Below are positions 1-12,400 of a stretch of 64,000 bases of DNA, one piece after another (position 1 is the first letter of the stretch; every line of letters begins with the position of its first letter). The DNA is from a virus. Position numbers and translations under genes: made by a program. The DNA lies in IMG/VR virus record IMGVR_UViG_3300030061_002429, positions 37,689-101,688 of that record; one strand, given 5' to 3'. The notes under the pieces were generated by a model, which was given only the letters and a program-made list of their open reading frames with translations, made no database searches and was not told the DNA's origin.

Positions 1-1
1 C

Positions 2-43
2 CGAACCCTGCCGAAGTACATCGAAATGGTGGTGTTCAATTGA
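2..43 (+). CDS. 3' end of upstream virion gene (partial)
   Basis: Open frame RTLPKYIEMVVFN* whose TGA overlaps the TTG start of the next gene. Confidence 0.55.
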   Translation, partial: RTLPKYIEMVVFN

Positions 44-408
44 GCCGTGATAGGGACATTAAGAAAACCAATGAGGTTGTTTTTGAACAAATACGAGAAG
101 AACAACGGAAAAGTAAGCAGTTTCAACAGCAAATGTTTGATACTTTCACCGTTACTCCACCTGATTTACGTGAATTACTCTTAAGAATCGAGGCACAAAA
201 TCGTGGTTTTCAAATTATTGACGGGCAAATTGTTGATGATAGTGAACAACCTGTCAATGAGCAAACCGCTAAAATGGTCGAAGATGAAACCAACAAAGCG
301 ATGTTACGTAGCAATCCTAAAATGGAAGAACTGAATTATGAGTACAAGGACGGTTTTTTTGTAACCATTAGCGTCAAAAAAATGTTGGAAAAGGAGGGTA
401 AAGCCTAA
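40..408 (+). CDS. hypothetical protein, head-tail region
   Basis: 122 aa ORF, overlaps neighbours at both ends. Confidence 0.7.
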   Translation: MSRDRDIKKTNEVVFEQIREEQRKSKQFQQQMFDTFTVTPPDLRELLLRIEAQNRGFQIIDGQIVDDSEQPVNEQTAKMVEDETNKAMLRSNPKMEELNYEYKDGFFVTISVKKMLEKEGKA

Positions 409-857
409 TGGTTGCAACATGGAAGGAGGGTCTTACGTCACTGCTTGACATCTTCAAAACGGATTGGAATCGAGCCAATACTGGTAACTATCGGCCAGTC
501 GTTTTGGACATCACCGATACTTCCCCTGAACACGGCAAGCGTCTTGATTTACAGAAGCACGATTACGTCCTACTGTACGAAACAGCACACAACGAAGAAG
601 CACCTGAACTGTTCTACGATTTCGTCACAACACGTATAAATATAACCGTAGATATGAGAACAGTTAAGGGTAGGAAGCACTTGGAACTACTTGAGAACGA
701 GATACGAAGACTTGTCCACAGTAAACGAAAGGGGGATGGAACGAATTTTGACCGGTTAGTATTCAAGACACGAACTGACCTAAGTGACCGTAGCAAAATT
801 CTATTTCGTATGACGTTTCAGGTTGAAGTAGTGATACTCGCAGAATTGATACCATAG
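408..857 (+). CDS. putative tail terminator/neck protein
   Basis: 149 aa, immediately upstream of the tail tube gene; size and position typical. Confidence 0.55.
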   Translation: MVATWKEGLTSLLDIFKTDWNRANTGNYRPVVLDITDTSPEHGKRLDLQKHDYVLLYETAHNEEAPELFYDFVTTRINITVDMRTVKGRKHLELLENEIRRLVHSKRKGDGTNFDRLVFKTRTDLSDRSKILFRMTFQVEVVILAELIP

Positions 858-867
858 GTGATAAAAA

Positions 868-2784
868 ATGCCATCGACAGTCTACAAGGGAGATGTTTCA
901 GAAGTCTTATTCGCCCCTGAAGTGGGTTTAACCATACGCCATACAACAGACTCTACATTCACGCTTGCAAATTCGGGCGGTATTGCTACAATAACATTCG
1001 GTTCAGACACCAACACAGCACTGTTTGATAGTAGTAACCGTCTAAAATTCCCAGTCAATTCACTCGTTGGTTCTCATCTCACATTTGATAACGTACACGC
1101 TGATGTTGATGGAAAAGTATTCACAATTGTTGAAAACGATGGTACTGCCATAAAAATAAGTCCGGAAGTTGCCAACACTTCCACAGGAAGTAGCAATGTC
1201 ATATTTATTCATCCTTACAAAACTCCACCAATGGATAGTGTCAATTATACATATCGAGCAAGTGCAACAGGCGCACCTTCTGAAAGTCTACTTATCGACC
1301 AATTTTTAGGCATTGCAAACGCTATCACTCTACCTGAAACCAAGTTTGAGGTCAAGCGATACCACGTTGTCGGTCTTGGGCGGGAAACTTCAGTGCAAGT
1401 ACCCGGTAAGATTGTCACAGAAGGTGGCTCGTTTGAGGTTAATTTACACAGTGCTCGTTGGCTTAAGTACTGTTTAGGTGGCGAAGTAATTGGCGATGTT
1501 GGTGTTTCAGGTGGTCCTGTAGGGAATGTTTCAACGACGCTTAGTTCAGCCGCTAACGCTGGTGATGTACACATTGATGTTGCTTCGGCATCAAACTTTA
1601 CAGTAGGAAAATATGTTCTTATTCAAAATGAAAATGATGCGGCAATTGATATTACACCTGTTGGTCGTGCTTTAGATGATGTGTGGGACCAACTAATGAC
1701 TGCACGTAAATTTGACAAAGCCCTCCCATTTGAAATTCGACGTATCACTGCTGTACATAGCACTCGAATTTATCTTGATGAGCCACTTCAATATGACCAC
1801 GCATCGAGTGTAGACGCAGGTGATGCGGCATATGGTTCAAGCACAAACACTGTGTTTTGCCTCGATTACGCAACACCCGCTACTGGTGCGCCACAAATTA
1901 CAACACAAACAATTACCAATCCAATTACGCATCTTTTGTACGGTGCAAGTGAACAACCTTCGTTCTGTTTGGAGGTATCACAACGCCGTAGCAATGTCGA
2001 TAAATCCACAGTGGTTGATGGAAGCCAAAGCGATACAAAGGAACTTACCCGAATTTATCGTGGTTGCAAAGTCACTGATTTTACGCTTACAACCGATAAC
2101 GATGCGGCACTGCGTCTTTCAGTGAATTTCAATGCCGCACTGTGTTACACCGATACTGGAAGACTTGACACACCCGGCACATCAACAAACCGATACAATC
2201 CTCACCGTATGTTTGATGATACAGCAAGTTCAGCCAACGAGCGTTTGAAGGCGGGTATTGGTGTTGGAACGCAAAAACCGTTTATGTTTTACAACGGTCA
2301 AATCAATGTAGCGGGACGTACCGTAGCACAAGTACACAACTTTAGCCTATCAGGTCAAACAGGTATGCAAGCATTCCACACCATTAACAATACCAGTGTT
2401 TCAAACACATCGGCTGAATCGCAAGTACCGTTTGCAGGTAGTCGTAATACCTCAATTATGGTTGAAGGTCAAACATCGTATGAAATGTCATTAGAAATCG
2501 TTGTTGATGACCCAATATTCTTCCATAAGATGCGTTCTCAAGCCGAGTTTAGCGTATCAAGTACCGACGCTACAACCAATCAAATTGTCATTGATTTTGA
2601 AAAGCAAGTCATTGGAAGCACTAATGTGGCTGACAGTGAACGAATTACAATTTTGATTGACGAGTACTACATTATTGAAGCCCCTATGCAAATTCCTGAA
2701 GATAAGGGTGTTATGAAGAGTACATTGAAGATTATGCCGAAGAGTATCAAGGTACTTGCTCGTGATACTATTTTGAAGTATTGA
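868..2784 (+). CDS. major tail tube protein with inserted domains
   Basis: 638 aa, beta-rich; segments such as RIYRGCKVTDFTL and KPFMFYNGQI resemble tail tube folds; GGTGA RBS; upstream of chaperones and tape measure. Confidence 0.7.
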   Translation: MPSTVYKGDVSEVLFAPEVGLTIRHTTDSTFTLANSGGIATITFGSDTNTALFDSSNRLKFPVNSLVGSHLTFDNVHADVDGKVFTIVENDGTAIKISPEVANTSTGSSNVIFIHPYKTPPMDSVNYTYRASATGAPSESLLIDQFLGIANAITLPETKFEVKRYHVVGLGRETSVQVPGKIVTEGGSFEVNLHSARWLKYCLGGEVIGDVGVSGGPVGNVSTTLSSAANAGDVHIDVASASNFTVGKYVLIQNENDAAIDITPVGRALDDVWDQLMTARKFDKALPFEIRRITAVHSTRIYLDEPLQYDHASSVDAGDAAYGSSTNTVFCLDYATPATGAPQITTQTITNPITHLLYGASEQPSFCLEVSQRRSNVDKSTVVDGSQSDTKELTRIYRGCKVTDFTLTTDNDAALRLSVNFNAALCYTDTGRLDTPGTSTNRYNPHRMFDDTASSANERLKAGIGVGTQKPFMFYNGQINVAGRTVAQVHNFSLSGQTGMQAFHTINNTSVSNTSAESQVPFAGSRNTSIMVEGQTSYEMSLEIVVDDPIFFHKMRSQAEFSVSSTDATTNQIVIDFEKQVIGSTNVADSERITILIDEYYIIEAPMQIPEDKGVMKSTLKIMPKSIKVLARDTILKY

Positions 2785-2793
2785 GGTGAAAGT

Positions 2794-3318
2794 ATGATTT
2801 ATTCAATTAACCAGTGTCGAAAACTTGGACTACAAGACTATCTTGTATGGATTTGTGAGATTAACAATGTAGACCTTCCTACTGATGAGGTGTACATGCT
2901 TGACGCTGGACGAATACATGATTGGGTTGAATTATGTTTGAACCCAGTCGAAGAGATTGTAGAAGAAGTAGAGGTCAAGAGCGACCCAGTACCACCTGCA
3001 CCTGCTGATGCAAACCCATTCCCTACTGACTTACAGTATGATTCACTCACCGTAGCGGAACTCCGTGACTTATGCAAAGAGCGAGGTCTACCCGTATACG
3101 GTACAAAAGCCGAGATAGTTTTGCGATTAAAGCAGAACGATGAAGGTATTATTCCCGAAGAAGAACCCGATAGCCCTACCGAAGAGGTAGCCCTTGACGG
3201 TGATTCGGAAGCCCCTACCGAAGAGGTAGCCGCATCCAATGGAGAGGAAACAAATGAAACGGACAGTAATACAAGACAAGAGCCTATTGATGAGCAACCA
3301 AGTACCGAAGAAGCATGA
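2794..3318 (+). CDS. SAP-domain protein with acidic tail
   Basis: LTVAELRDLCKERGLPVYGTKAEIVLRL matches the SAP motif. Confidence 0.8.
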   Translation: MIYSINQCRKLGLQDYLVWICEINNVDLPTDEVYMLDAGRIHDWVELCLNPVEEIVEEVEVKSDPVPPAPADANPFPTDLQYDSLTVAELRDLCKERGLPVYGTKAEIVLRLKQNDEGIIPEEEPDSPTEEVALDGDSEAPTEEVAASNGEETNETDSNTRQEPIDEQPSTEEA

Positions 3319-3628
3319 AGTACAAATTGACCCTGACGACCCTTCGATGATTATCGAAGTATGGGTTAAAGAATTGACCTTTTTGGACATCCAAAAATCA
3401 GTCGAAAAACTTCTCAAAATTGGTAAAGACGGAAGCATCGGGCTTAATCTTGAAGGCTACTGGAAGTACGCTTTCTCACATTGGGTACAAAAAACAAATC
3501 CAAGTTTGACTGTTGATGATATGATGTCATTGACTGGATATGTTGGAGAACAGATGTCACAAATTTTGCCTAAGCCTCAAGACATTGCGGAGCAAATGCA
3601 AGCGGGGTTTACGAAAGCGAGTCTTTGA
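3254..3628 (+). CDS. tail assembly chaperone (gpG-like)
   Basis: Between tail tube and tape measure; ATG at 3254 after GGAGAGG. Confidence 0.65.
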   Translation: MKRTVIQDKSLLMSNQVPKKHEVQIDPDDPSMIIEVWVKELTFLDIQKSVEKLLKIGKDGSIGLNLEGYWKYAFSHWVQKTNPSLTVDDMMSLTGYVGEQMSQILPKPQDIAEQMQAGFTKASL

Positions 3629-3918
3629 GGATTCGCTCGTTTTTAGAAAAAGGTGAAGTAAGGGGCGTGCAAGACATAAAGACACAATTTGAATTGTGGG
3701 CTTATATGGTTGCAAAGCATTACAGTATATCGCTTCAAGAGGTGTATTCAATGAGTCCTGAAATGTTCAAGCAGTCTATTGTTTGGGCGGGTGTTACAAC
3801 TCAAATCCAAGGCGAAGAACAAGAAAAACGGATGGAAGAAATGAAACAAAAAACGAAGTCCAATGGAAATGAATCTGTTTCAATAGACCATTATAAGAAC
3901 TTCTTGGACATGGAGTGA
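3625..3918 (+). CDS. tail assembly chaperone C-terminal ORF (gpT-like, probably frameshift-expressed)
   Basis: In the -1 frame of the upstream gene, open from 3574, with only a weak TTG start; precedes tape measure. Confidence 0.55.
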   Translation: MRIRSFLEKGEVRGVQDIKTQFELWAYMVAKHYSISLQEVYSMSPEMFKQSIVWAGVTTQIQGEEQEKRMEEMKQKTKSNGNESVSIDHYKNFLDME

Positions 3919-3922
3919 TTAG

Positions 3923-5257
3923 ATGGCCGCACCTTTACTTGGAATGCTCACTTCCGCAAGTGGATTGGTTTCTACTATTGGTAGTGGTATTTCGAGTCTT
4001 GGTAAAATTATTGGCGACCTTGTTGGTGAAGTTTTTAATTTGATAAACCAATATCTTGTACAACCATTGACAGATTTTGGTTCTTTCATTTGGGACGGTA
4101 TCACTGCTGCATGGGATTGGACAGTAGCCACTCTTGGTGCGCTTATGGGGTTGATAGGTGACTTCTTTTCATTTGTGAATGAGAGCGTGCTTGTTCCGAT
4201 AGGGGATATGTTCGTAACTGGTTACGATTGGACTGTAACGGCTATAGGTGCTATCATAGGTTTCGTAGGCGATATATGGGACTTCATAATGACTTATGTT
4301 ATTGACCCAGCCATTTCTTTGTTTACTGCTGGTTGGGATGCAGGAAAGTCACTGGTTGGATGGGTAATTGATAGTGCTGTATCAATATGGGATTTTATTA
4401 CTAACAGCATGGTAAACCCAGCAGTGTCTTTGTATGGTATGGGAATGAACGCTCTTACGACATTATATGATTGGTTTTTAACCTCAATGAGTGCAATATG
4501 GGATTTCATTGATAGCGTTATTATTCAGCCTACAGTGTTTTTATTTGGAGCAGGAATGAACGCACTTACTGTATCGTACAATTGGTTCTTAACAGCAATG
4601 GGCGCAATATGGAATTTTATTGATACAGTTATTATAAAACCCATTGGATTTGTATTTGGTTTAGCATTAAACGCCGTAACCACCGCTTTTGATTGGTTTA
4701 CAAGTACGGTCACAACAATATGGAATTTTATTGATTCTGTATTTATTACCCCGTTGTTTAATTTTGGTTCAATGGTATGGAATGGTATACTGGCTACGAA
4801 AGATTGGATATTTGGCGCAATAAGCGAAACATGGAATTTTATGAACACATACTTCCTTTCACCATTAGAAACTGGAATTGATTTTCTTAGCGGTATAATT
4901 GATGATGTCGTAAGCAGTATCGAATGGGCTTTGGATGCAGGTAGCAACCTTTGGGACACTGCTACAGGGTGGATTCCCGGCTTTAGCGAGGGTGGTATTG
5001 CCACAGGACCATCAAGCGGTTACCCTGCTATGCTCCACGGTACAGAAGCCATTGTGCCGCTAAGTGGTGGGCGTTCAATTCCTGTTGAAATTAACGGGGC
5101 TACTGGTGGTGGTGGTAATACTTTCAACATTACTGTAAACGCAGGTGGTATTACGGACCGCACAGATAAAAGACAACTGGCACGAGAGATTGGTAATATG
5201 ATTCAACAGGAGATGTCAAGAAGCATTGGCGGTACAACGATGCAGGGGCGGTACTAA
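3923..5257 (+). CDS. tail tape measure protein
   Basis: Trp/Phe-rich amphipathic 37-aa repeats; C-terminal FSEGGIATGP...LHGTEAIVPL motif. Confidence 0.8.
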   Translation: MAAPLLGMLTSASGLVSTIGSGISSLGKIIGDLVGEVFNLINQYLVQPLTDFGSFIWDGITAAWDWTVATLGALMGLIGDFFSFVNESVLVPIGDMFVTGYDWTVTAIGAIIGFVGDIWDFIMTYVIDPAISLFTAGWDAGKSLVGWVIDSAVSIWDFITNSMVNPAVSLYGMGMNALTTLYDWFLTSMSAIWDFIDSVIIQPTVFLFGAGMNALTVSYNWFLTAMGAIWNFIDTVIIKPIGFVFGLALNAVTTAFDWFTSTVTTIWNFIDSVFITPLFNFGSMVWNGILATKDWIFGAISETWNFMNTYFLSPLETGIDFLSGIIDDVVSSIEWALDAGSNLWDTATGWIPGFSEGGIATGPSSGYPAMLHGTEAIVPLSGGRSIPVEINGATGGGGNTFNITVNAGGITDRTDKRQLAREIGNMIQQEMSRSIGGTTMQGRY

Positions 5258-6468
5258 TGGCAGGTAATGCAAACACCCCAGTACGTTTGGTAAGTCAAAA
5301 CGGTAAGTTTTACAATCTTAACTGTACTACACTTTCAATTGACATAGACAGAAAAGTAAACGCTTCCCCTATGCCGTTTATGAACAGTTATCGTTTCACT
5401 ATGGATTTGAACTTAACCAATGCGATTATTACGCTTGAAGGGTACATCACGGATGACGATGTTATTTCATTTAGTGACGGTAGTGTAGCAATTGCATATG
5501 TTGATTTTGACGCTGTGGAAACTGCAATTGGAAGTAACACAACTGCAACATTTGAGGATTACATTGATATTTTGTTGGATAACAAAACTTCCTTTAGCGG
5601 TATTTTAAATACGCATTCTCATGAACTTAATAGAAAACACGGCTTTGTGATTCAAGATGGTAATGGAGCATTAAGAACCATTTTCTTTGGTGTTATTTCA
5701 ACACAATATGCTACGCACAGTGCTGAATCTGATGCGTTTATTGTTCAAATTCATGACGGTACATCGAGTAAAACTAACGCTGAAATAGCGGCCAATCTAA
5801 AGGCTCTTGTCGATGCATCAATAGCAGGTGCTACTGCATCACTCCAAACGGGTGAAAAAGGAAACACTAACACAAGAGTACAAATTACTTACTCAAGCGT
5901 ACCTTCAGGTAGTACATACGTCAATAATAATTCACCTTACATTACATCAGCAACATGGAAAACAACAACACCCACACCTAAATTTACAACATTTTCAGGT
6001 GGAAAAAGTAACAGTTCTGACACTGGTATGAGTGCTGGTGATATGGTGCAACAACTTTATGCTATTATTGATAACTCAAACGACGAATGGGGTGACAATG
6101 GTAAATCAGACTATATACACGCTGTGCAAATACCATTTTTGTCCAAAGTAGCGGCTGAAACAGGTGACAAGTACTCTTCTCGATATTTCTTTCAAACAGC
6201 AGGTTACGATGTCGAAGATGGTGATTATCTTGGTGAATTTGCATCAGCATCACTAAGCGCAACGCTTACGAATAATTTACTACAAGAAGGCGGTATATAT
6301 GCAAAAGGTTCTGTACCAGTAGGTACAGAATACAGTGAGGCTTGGGGTGGTCGTACATTTACAGGTATCAAAGCCATTGTAGACAAAGCAACGTTTGTTC
6401 AAGTAGGCGGTGAGCCAAACATTTACCAGTTTACAATTATTATGATGCCAACAAATACAATTCTTTGA
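5257..6468 (+). CDS. putative distal tail/baseplate protein
   Basis: 403 aa directly after tape measure; beta-rich. Confidence 0.5.
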   Translation: MAGNANTPVRLVSQNGKFYNLNCTTLSIDIDRKVNASPMPFMNSYRFTMDLNLTNAIITLEGYITDDDVISFSDGSVAIAYVDFDAVETAIGSNTTATFEDYIDILLDNKTSFSGILNTHSHELNRKHGFVIQDGNGALRTIFFGVISTQYATHSAESDAFIVQIHDGTSSKTNAEIAANLKALVDASIAGATASLQTGEKGNTNTRVQITYSSVPSGSTYVNNNSPYITSATWKTTTPTPKFTTFSGGKSNSSDTGMSAGDMVQQLYAIIDNSNDEWGDNGKSDYIHAVQIPFLSKVAAETGDKYSSRYFFQTAGYDVEDGDYLGEFASASLSATLTNNLLQEGGIYAKGSVPVGTEYSEAWGGRTFTGIKAIVDKATFVQVGGEPNIYQFTIIMMPTNTIL

Positions 6469-6477
6469 TGTGATACA

Positions 6478-9400
6478 ATGGTAGCAATTGGAAGAACAAG
6501 TCACGCTTTCTTTTTTGATGGCGTATCTGATTCCATTATTATACCACAAAGCACATTTAACAGCACTGGAATAGAACGTAATGGTGTTAAAGCACCCCTT
6601 TCAGCATTGTCGGATGTTGAATTGCAAAACACCATAGGAAACATTTCGTATTCTGATTTTGTTATTGAAGCATGGGTCATTCCCGATTGTGGTGGTATTA
6701 TTGCTCAACGAGATGGACAGTTTCAATTGGAATTAGGAACAGTTGATACGCCCGGACCAGCAGTATTTCATCTTACTATGCAAACAGCGTTTGGTGATAA
6801 AACAATTACACTTAACACTGCTTTTGATAAAACAACTCGATGGGATGGCGTTGTTTACCCGTCACAAGAATATGGCGGTATACATGACTCATACAATCGT
6901 TTTGACACTTCCAATTACGGTGAAGCAAGTGGTTTGAATTTTAATAATCGACCACTGTATCATATTGTTGCTTCGTATCGAGGAGGTAACATTGAATTGT
7001 ATGTCAATACAGATATGGTTGCATCGAAAAAAGTCCCAATAGAATACCGAGTAAAACAGGTTGATGGTCACGTCTATGTTGGTGGGAAGGGTGGTCAATT
7101 TCGTGGTGCTATTGAAAGCATACATTTCTCCAACAGTAAATCAAATAACATTTTCCAACCTGATTTTCCAACGTTAGGGAATGCAAGCACTGGTTTGTAT
7201 CGTTTTGAAGAACCACTTGACATTGTAGAAAAGGTCTACACAATGAATGCTGTAACAGCCGCAACTGATGGTTCGACAAAAACCATCACGATTGGAACGG
7301 CTGATGCACAGGAACTCATCGCTAAATTAACTGGTAAAGCATACGATAGCAGTAGTCCTATTGCGACTTTTACCGAATCACCATACAGTATGGGGAATTA
7401 CGAAGTCAATGATTTTTATTCTACACCCGGTACGACTGCAAAACTTTCGATAGCGCACACGCCTTACAATCTACTCATCAATGCGGGTTCACTTAATCGT
7501 AACACGTTCAAGCCTAATCAAAAACCGCCTGAACGTGTGCGTTTGCATTCTATAGATGGAAGCAATGGAAACATTTCAATTTCGAGTATACACGTTGATT
7601 TCGTTAATGGTACAAGCGGATTGCGAGGTTTATTGCATTCAAGAACGGCTGATATTGATAATTATTTTGTAGTTGTTGGTGCTGATTTATTGATTGATAA
7701 CGGTACAGGAAAGCCCTATCAACCACCGCATTACGGTACACAAATTTTTGACAGAACGGGACAAATGGTTCTTGATGAATCGGACAGTGAATCTCACGGA
7801 TTAGTATACTCATCAAGAATGGCAACAACTACATCTGACCCTAAAAATCCTTTTGCGGTTGTATGGCCTACATCAATTGACACGTTGTTCCAAATTGGTC
7901 ACAGTGGAAGACATGCTCTTTCTCATATTACTGGACACGACTACATGCGAAGATTACCAGTACCAAACGATATGACTGTAGACCAAGTAATGAGTGGTAG
8001 TAGTGATATTGTTACGATGCGTTACGATTCTTCTCAACGTAACTTAAAAAATACAATCAGCATCAATAAGAATGTAGATGCTTACAGTCCTAATTTGAAA
8101 GGAAGCGTGAAAAGTTTTGTTAATACAAGTACTGTGGCTTCTATTGTAGATAACGGCTTACCTGCGTCGGTAAAGGAACTAATCGCTATTGGTGGGGCTG
8201 GGTTCGATGTACGACCGTTTTTCTTGAAAGGTCCAGTTCCACAATCATATGACGAAGAAAGTCGTCTTTTCCATTTACGACCTGAAAAAGAATCTCGTAT
8301 TGCTTTGCTCAAAGTACCCGCATTGCAGTCTTCTCACAATCTTGCACCGTTTGTTGAAATTCATTACAATGCAATTGACTTAACAGGTGCAAGCATGGGG
8401 ATTAGCGGTCCAATGCTCATGGTTGAAAAAACTGTACCAGCAGGGTCTTTTGACTTAGGTAGTGGTACTCGTGTCATTGATGTTATTACCAGTGACCTTG
8501 CGAATACTGTGCTTTATTCAGCAGGTGGAGTAATTGATTTTACAACGGGATATATGGGGTCAAACAATGTATTGAGTAAACCAAATTCTCTTGTTGGTGA
8601 TACGACTGGTGGTAATGATAATGATTCTGAACTTGACTTTTCGACTACACCTGCTGTATATACTCCTGTAAGTGATGTTAATGCTATACCAGCCTCCCCG
8701 CCTAAAGTTATCAAAAAGTCACATGTATCATCTAATCACAATTCAGTTTATCATAAACTGTACTTTACACCTTCAACTAACATAATAACAGAAGAAGACC
8801 AAACGTTTTATCGTAAAATAAAACCTCTTACAACAAAATCTTCCACTGGAGAATTTGATATTGGACCGGTCAACACTCGTTCACATATGTTTGAGATGTT
8901 TGATATTATTGATAATCAATCTACCAATGATAATCGAACAGCCATTTTATATGTTCAACCTTCAAACAAAAAACGTACAAATCAATTTTACAATTTATCC
9001 ACCGCTACAAATGGTCAAGCCACAAGAATGCATATATTGCAACTCATAACAAGAGGGCGAATCCGTAGCATCAATCAAGTTGTAGACGGTGAAACAAATG
9101 AAATTGATACTGAAATTGTCATTCGTGGTATATCGGATGAGTATCTTTCACAGAACATTGACGTTCTTGGTAGTGGTTCGCCTGATTCTCATGTCGTCAA
9201 AGAGATTGAACCCAATGCACCTGTCGTCACCGTCACGCTTGGCGGTCCCGGTCAAGGGGCGGTCAATACCAAGCCCACCTTCGACCCTTCACCGTTAATG
9301 CGTCTACCCGGCTCGACACGGCGAATGTGCGCTGTACAAGGCGTTGAGGTATTTGCTACAAACAGTAGTACAAGCGGTGTCACTGATTCGCTTACTATAC

Positions 9401-12400
9401 GACCTCTTAACAATCAATCACCAGATTTACTTTCATGGGGAACGTATTGCTTCCCAAAGATTGGTCGAGTGTACCTTGCAAGCGGCGCAAGTGCTCTTTA
9501 CTATGCAAAAACTGGTTCGGGCTTTGCATTTGAAAATTCGGCCACTGCAATCAGTGAGCGTCGATTTTTGCTTTCTGATGGAACGGCTGTTGAAAGTTTC
9601 TATGTATGGTGCAAAGCAAACGGGGTAATAACACAATCAGGTGCTACAGTTACAGAAGAAGTTTCTGATTACTTTTACAATGATGATAACTTCAATGATG
9701 ATTCACTTACACAAGATGGTAGTACGGTCAATGACCGTTTATTCCAGTCAATGGACGGAGTAACGCATGATTATCAGTTGGGTTCACAATACTCAAGCAC
9801 TCGTGCGATGGTTGAGATACCGTTTTTCCCTCAACAATTCTTTGACCATGAGAATGAAAACGTGTTCCCCGGACCTGACAACAGTATGAAAATTCATATT
9901 GATGCCACATACACAGCCCATACTTGGAATCCTACACCCGTTGGACGACGTGCTGATGATGTTCAAGTAGCCGACCGTACAGCGTCATCGGCTTATTCAT
10001 ACAATATCAACAATCAAGACTACGTTTCGTCTACAACAATTACAAAAGTAGAATACGACTCAAGTGGTAAATTCTACAAAATTTATGTGTCGCATCCATC
10101 GCTTTTCCCACCTGTCGATACATCAGTGTTTGAATACACCAACATGAAGAAACTACCTCGTTATCGACGTGCATTCTTAGCAAATGGTATGTGGTGTGTG
10201 TATCGTAACGACCCCAGTAGTGACGGTTATCTTCGTGTTGATGAGCATGAAAGTGCAACGAGTGGTGTCATATCAGGTTCGTACGCCAAAGGTTTCTTTG
10301 AAGGTGCAGTGCCACAAACTGCTCTCTTTATTGCACAAGGTTACCGCAGTGAAAATTTACTACCAATAGCATCCGATAATGAAACGCCTTCTTCTGATTA
10401 CGAAGCACGCTCACCGTACTACTACGACAACGCCAACGTCAAAACACAAGGCGGTAATCTTGACTATGGTCTTCGACAGTACGTGAGTGCAATCGAAATT
10501 AAAGCAGGTCCACTTGTCAATCCGCACGCCCCACGAGTTCAATCAGGTGTAGCACAATCTACAATTTTGTCTGTAAAAGGAACAAGTGGAAAATACGTAT
10601 TTAACTTAGAAGATGCCAGTTCGTTTCCTGTTCTTACTGAATATACAAAAGACGTTACAAATTTACTTGCTATTGACGAAGGCGACCTAATGTATATTGC
10701 AGAAGTGCGACTTGCTGATGGTACAACACATGAAATGGTTTATTTTGGAAAACTACTTGAAGATAAGTCTGAAAACACAATCATATGCAAATCGGCAAAT
10801 ACTTCTTTGACGGGTCTTGAAAACGCTACGTTGTCAATAAAAAGAGTTGGTAGAGCCTTACATTCAGCCGCAAGTGTATCAACTGCAACTGATAATGAAA
10901 GAAAGGCATTGACATTTCTCCCTGACACATCCGAACAGTGGACGGTCGCAGTTGCGGCAACCAGTGGTACTACTACTACGATTGAAATCACAACCACTGC
11001 ATCAGATAGACTTGCATCATCGAATACAATAGGATTGAATATACGCAAAGATGACGAGTTGTATATTGACGATGTATCGCATAATGACGTTGATTATCTT
11101 GGAAAAGTGTCTTCTATTGTATCAAACGTTGTAGGAGGTACAACAAACACAGTCATCACGCTTACTACAAACAATGCTTGTGATGTGGCAGTTGGTGACA
11201 AGATTCGAGTTTCAATTCAAAGCGTTGTAGCCGAAGACCAAGACGGTATTTTGAACGCAACGTGGCTAAATCCATACGCTACAGGTGGAATGCGTAACGG
11301 TGACACCGTATGGATGAACATGACCATGAACAACCCACACGCTGTAGAAGGGCTGTTCTGTAAGAGTCGTGGTGTATACAATGAGCATCTCGTATGGAAA
11401 GGTTTCAACGGTGGACGTGGTTCACTTACCAGTCGCCCTCGTGACTCAATCCCTCTTGAGAATTTTTTGATTGGTGATACGTGTTTAGAAACGGCGCAAA
11501 ACTTGGCTCAACACATTAACAAAACAATTGAAATCAATTATGAATCAATGCTTGGTAGTACATACACAGATATTCCAAGAGTAGCATACGTAGACCCATA
11601 TCTTGCTACAGAAGGACATGCTCGTGTATTGCTCTACGATGTAGCCCATGACCGTGAATTTATCGCATTCCATGACCTACACATGCAAGTTCAATCGAGT
11701 GCGGCTACACCGAATATTGGGTTTGGTCGTGACATTGTACATGCAGGTGGCGTTTTAAAACTCGACCGTTTCTTGGTATCTCACAATGGTGGCGCACCGC
11801 ATTACTTTACAACACAAATTGACGTAGCCAATGGATTCCCAAGTGAAAACAAATACTTGCGTAGTACGCAACAATCGAAGTTCATTGAATCAGCCTATGC
11901 ACACGATATAGCAAACAGTAGTGAGAATTTCTTGATACAAGACCCAACTACAAGAGGTAATAACATACAACTCAAAGGTAAAGGTCACGGTCACTTTGTA
12001 CATTCAGGACTAATGTATGGCTTCAATAGTAACATCTACGCTGTGAGTGACAATGCGTTACCTCGTGTTGAACCTGCTGTAGCATCAGTCTATTGGGCAA
12101 ATGAGAAACATAAAAATTCGAGGATAACAAGTCGAGATGCCTTTGTCAAAGCGGTGAAAAATCACCGATTGTCAAAAAATCCATCTACATTTAGTTTCCG
12201 TGACGCAAGTACGTTGTTCGATACACCTGATGGAACACGATGTATTTCAGCATTCTTGAGTTTGAAAGGCATACGCTCCTCTACTCTCGACTTATCGGGT
12301 CATGAAGAAGACCGTTTGGAACATCTACCACACTGGACAGAAATGGATTTTGTGCGACGTATGGTGATTGATTGTGGTGAAGTTGGTGTCAAAGAGGGTG

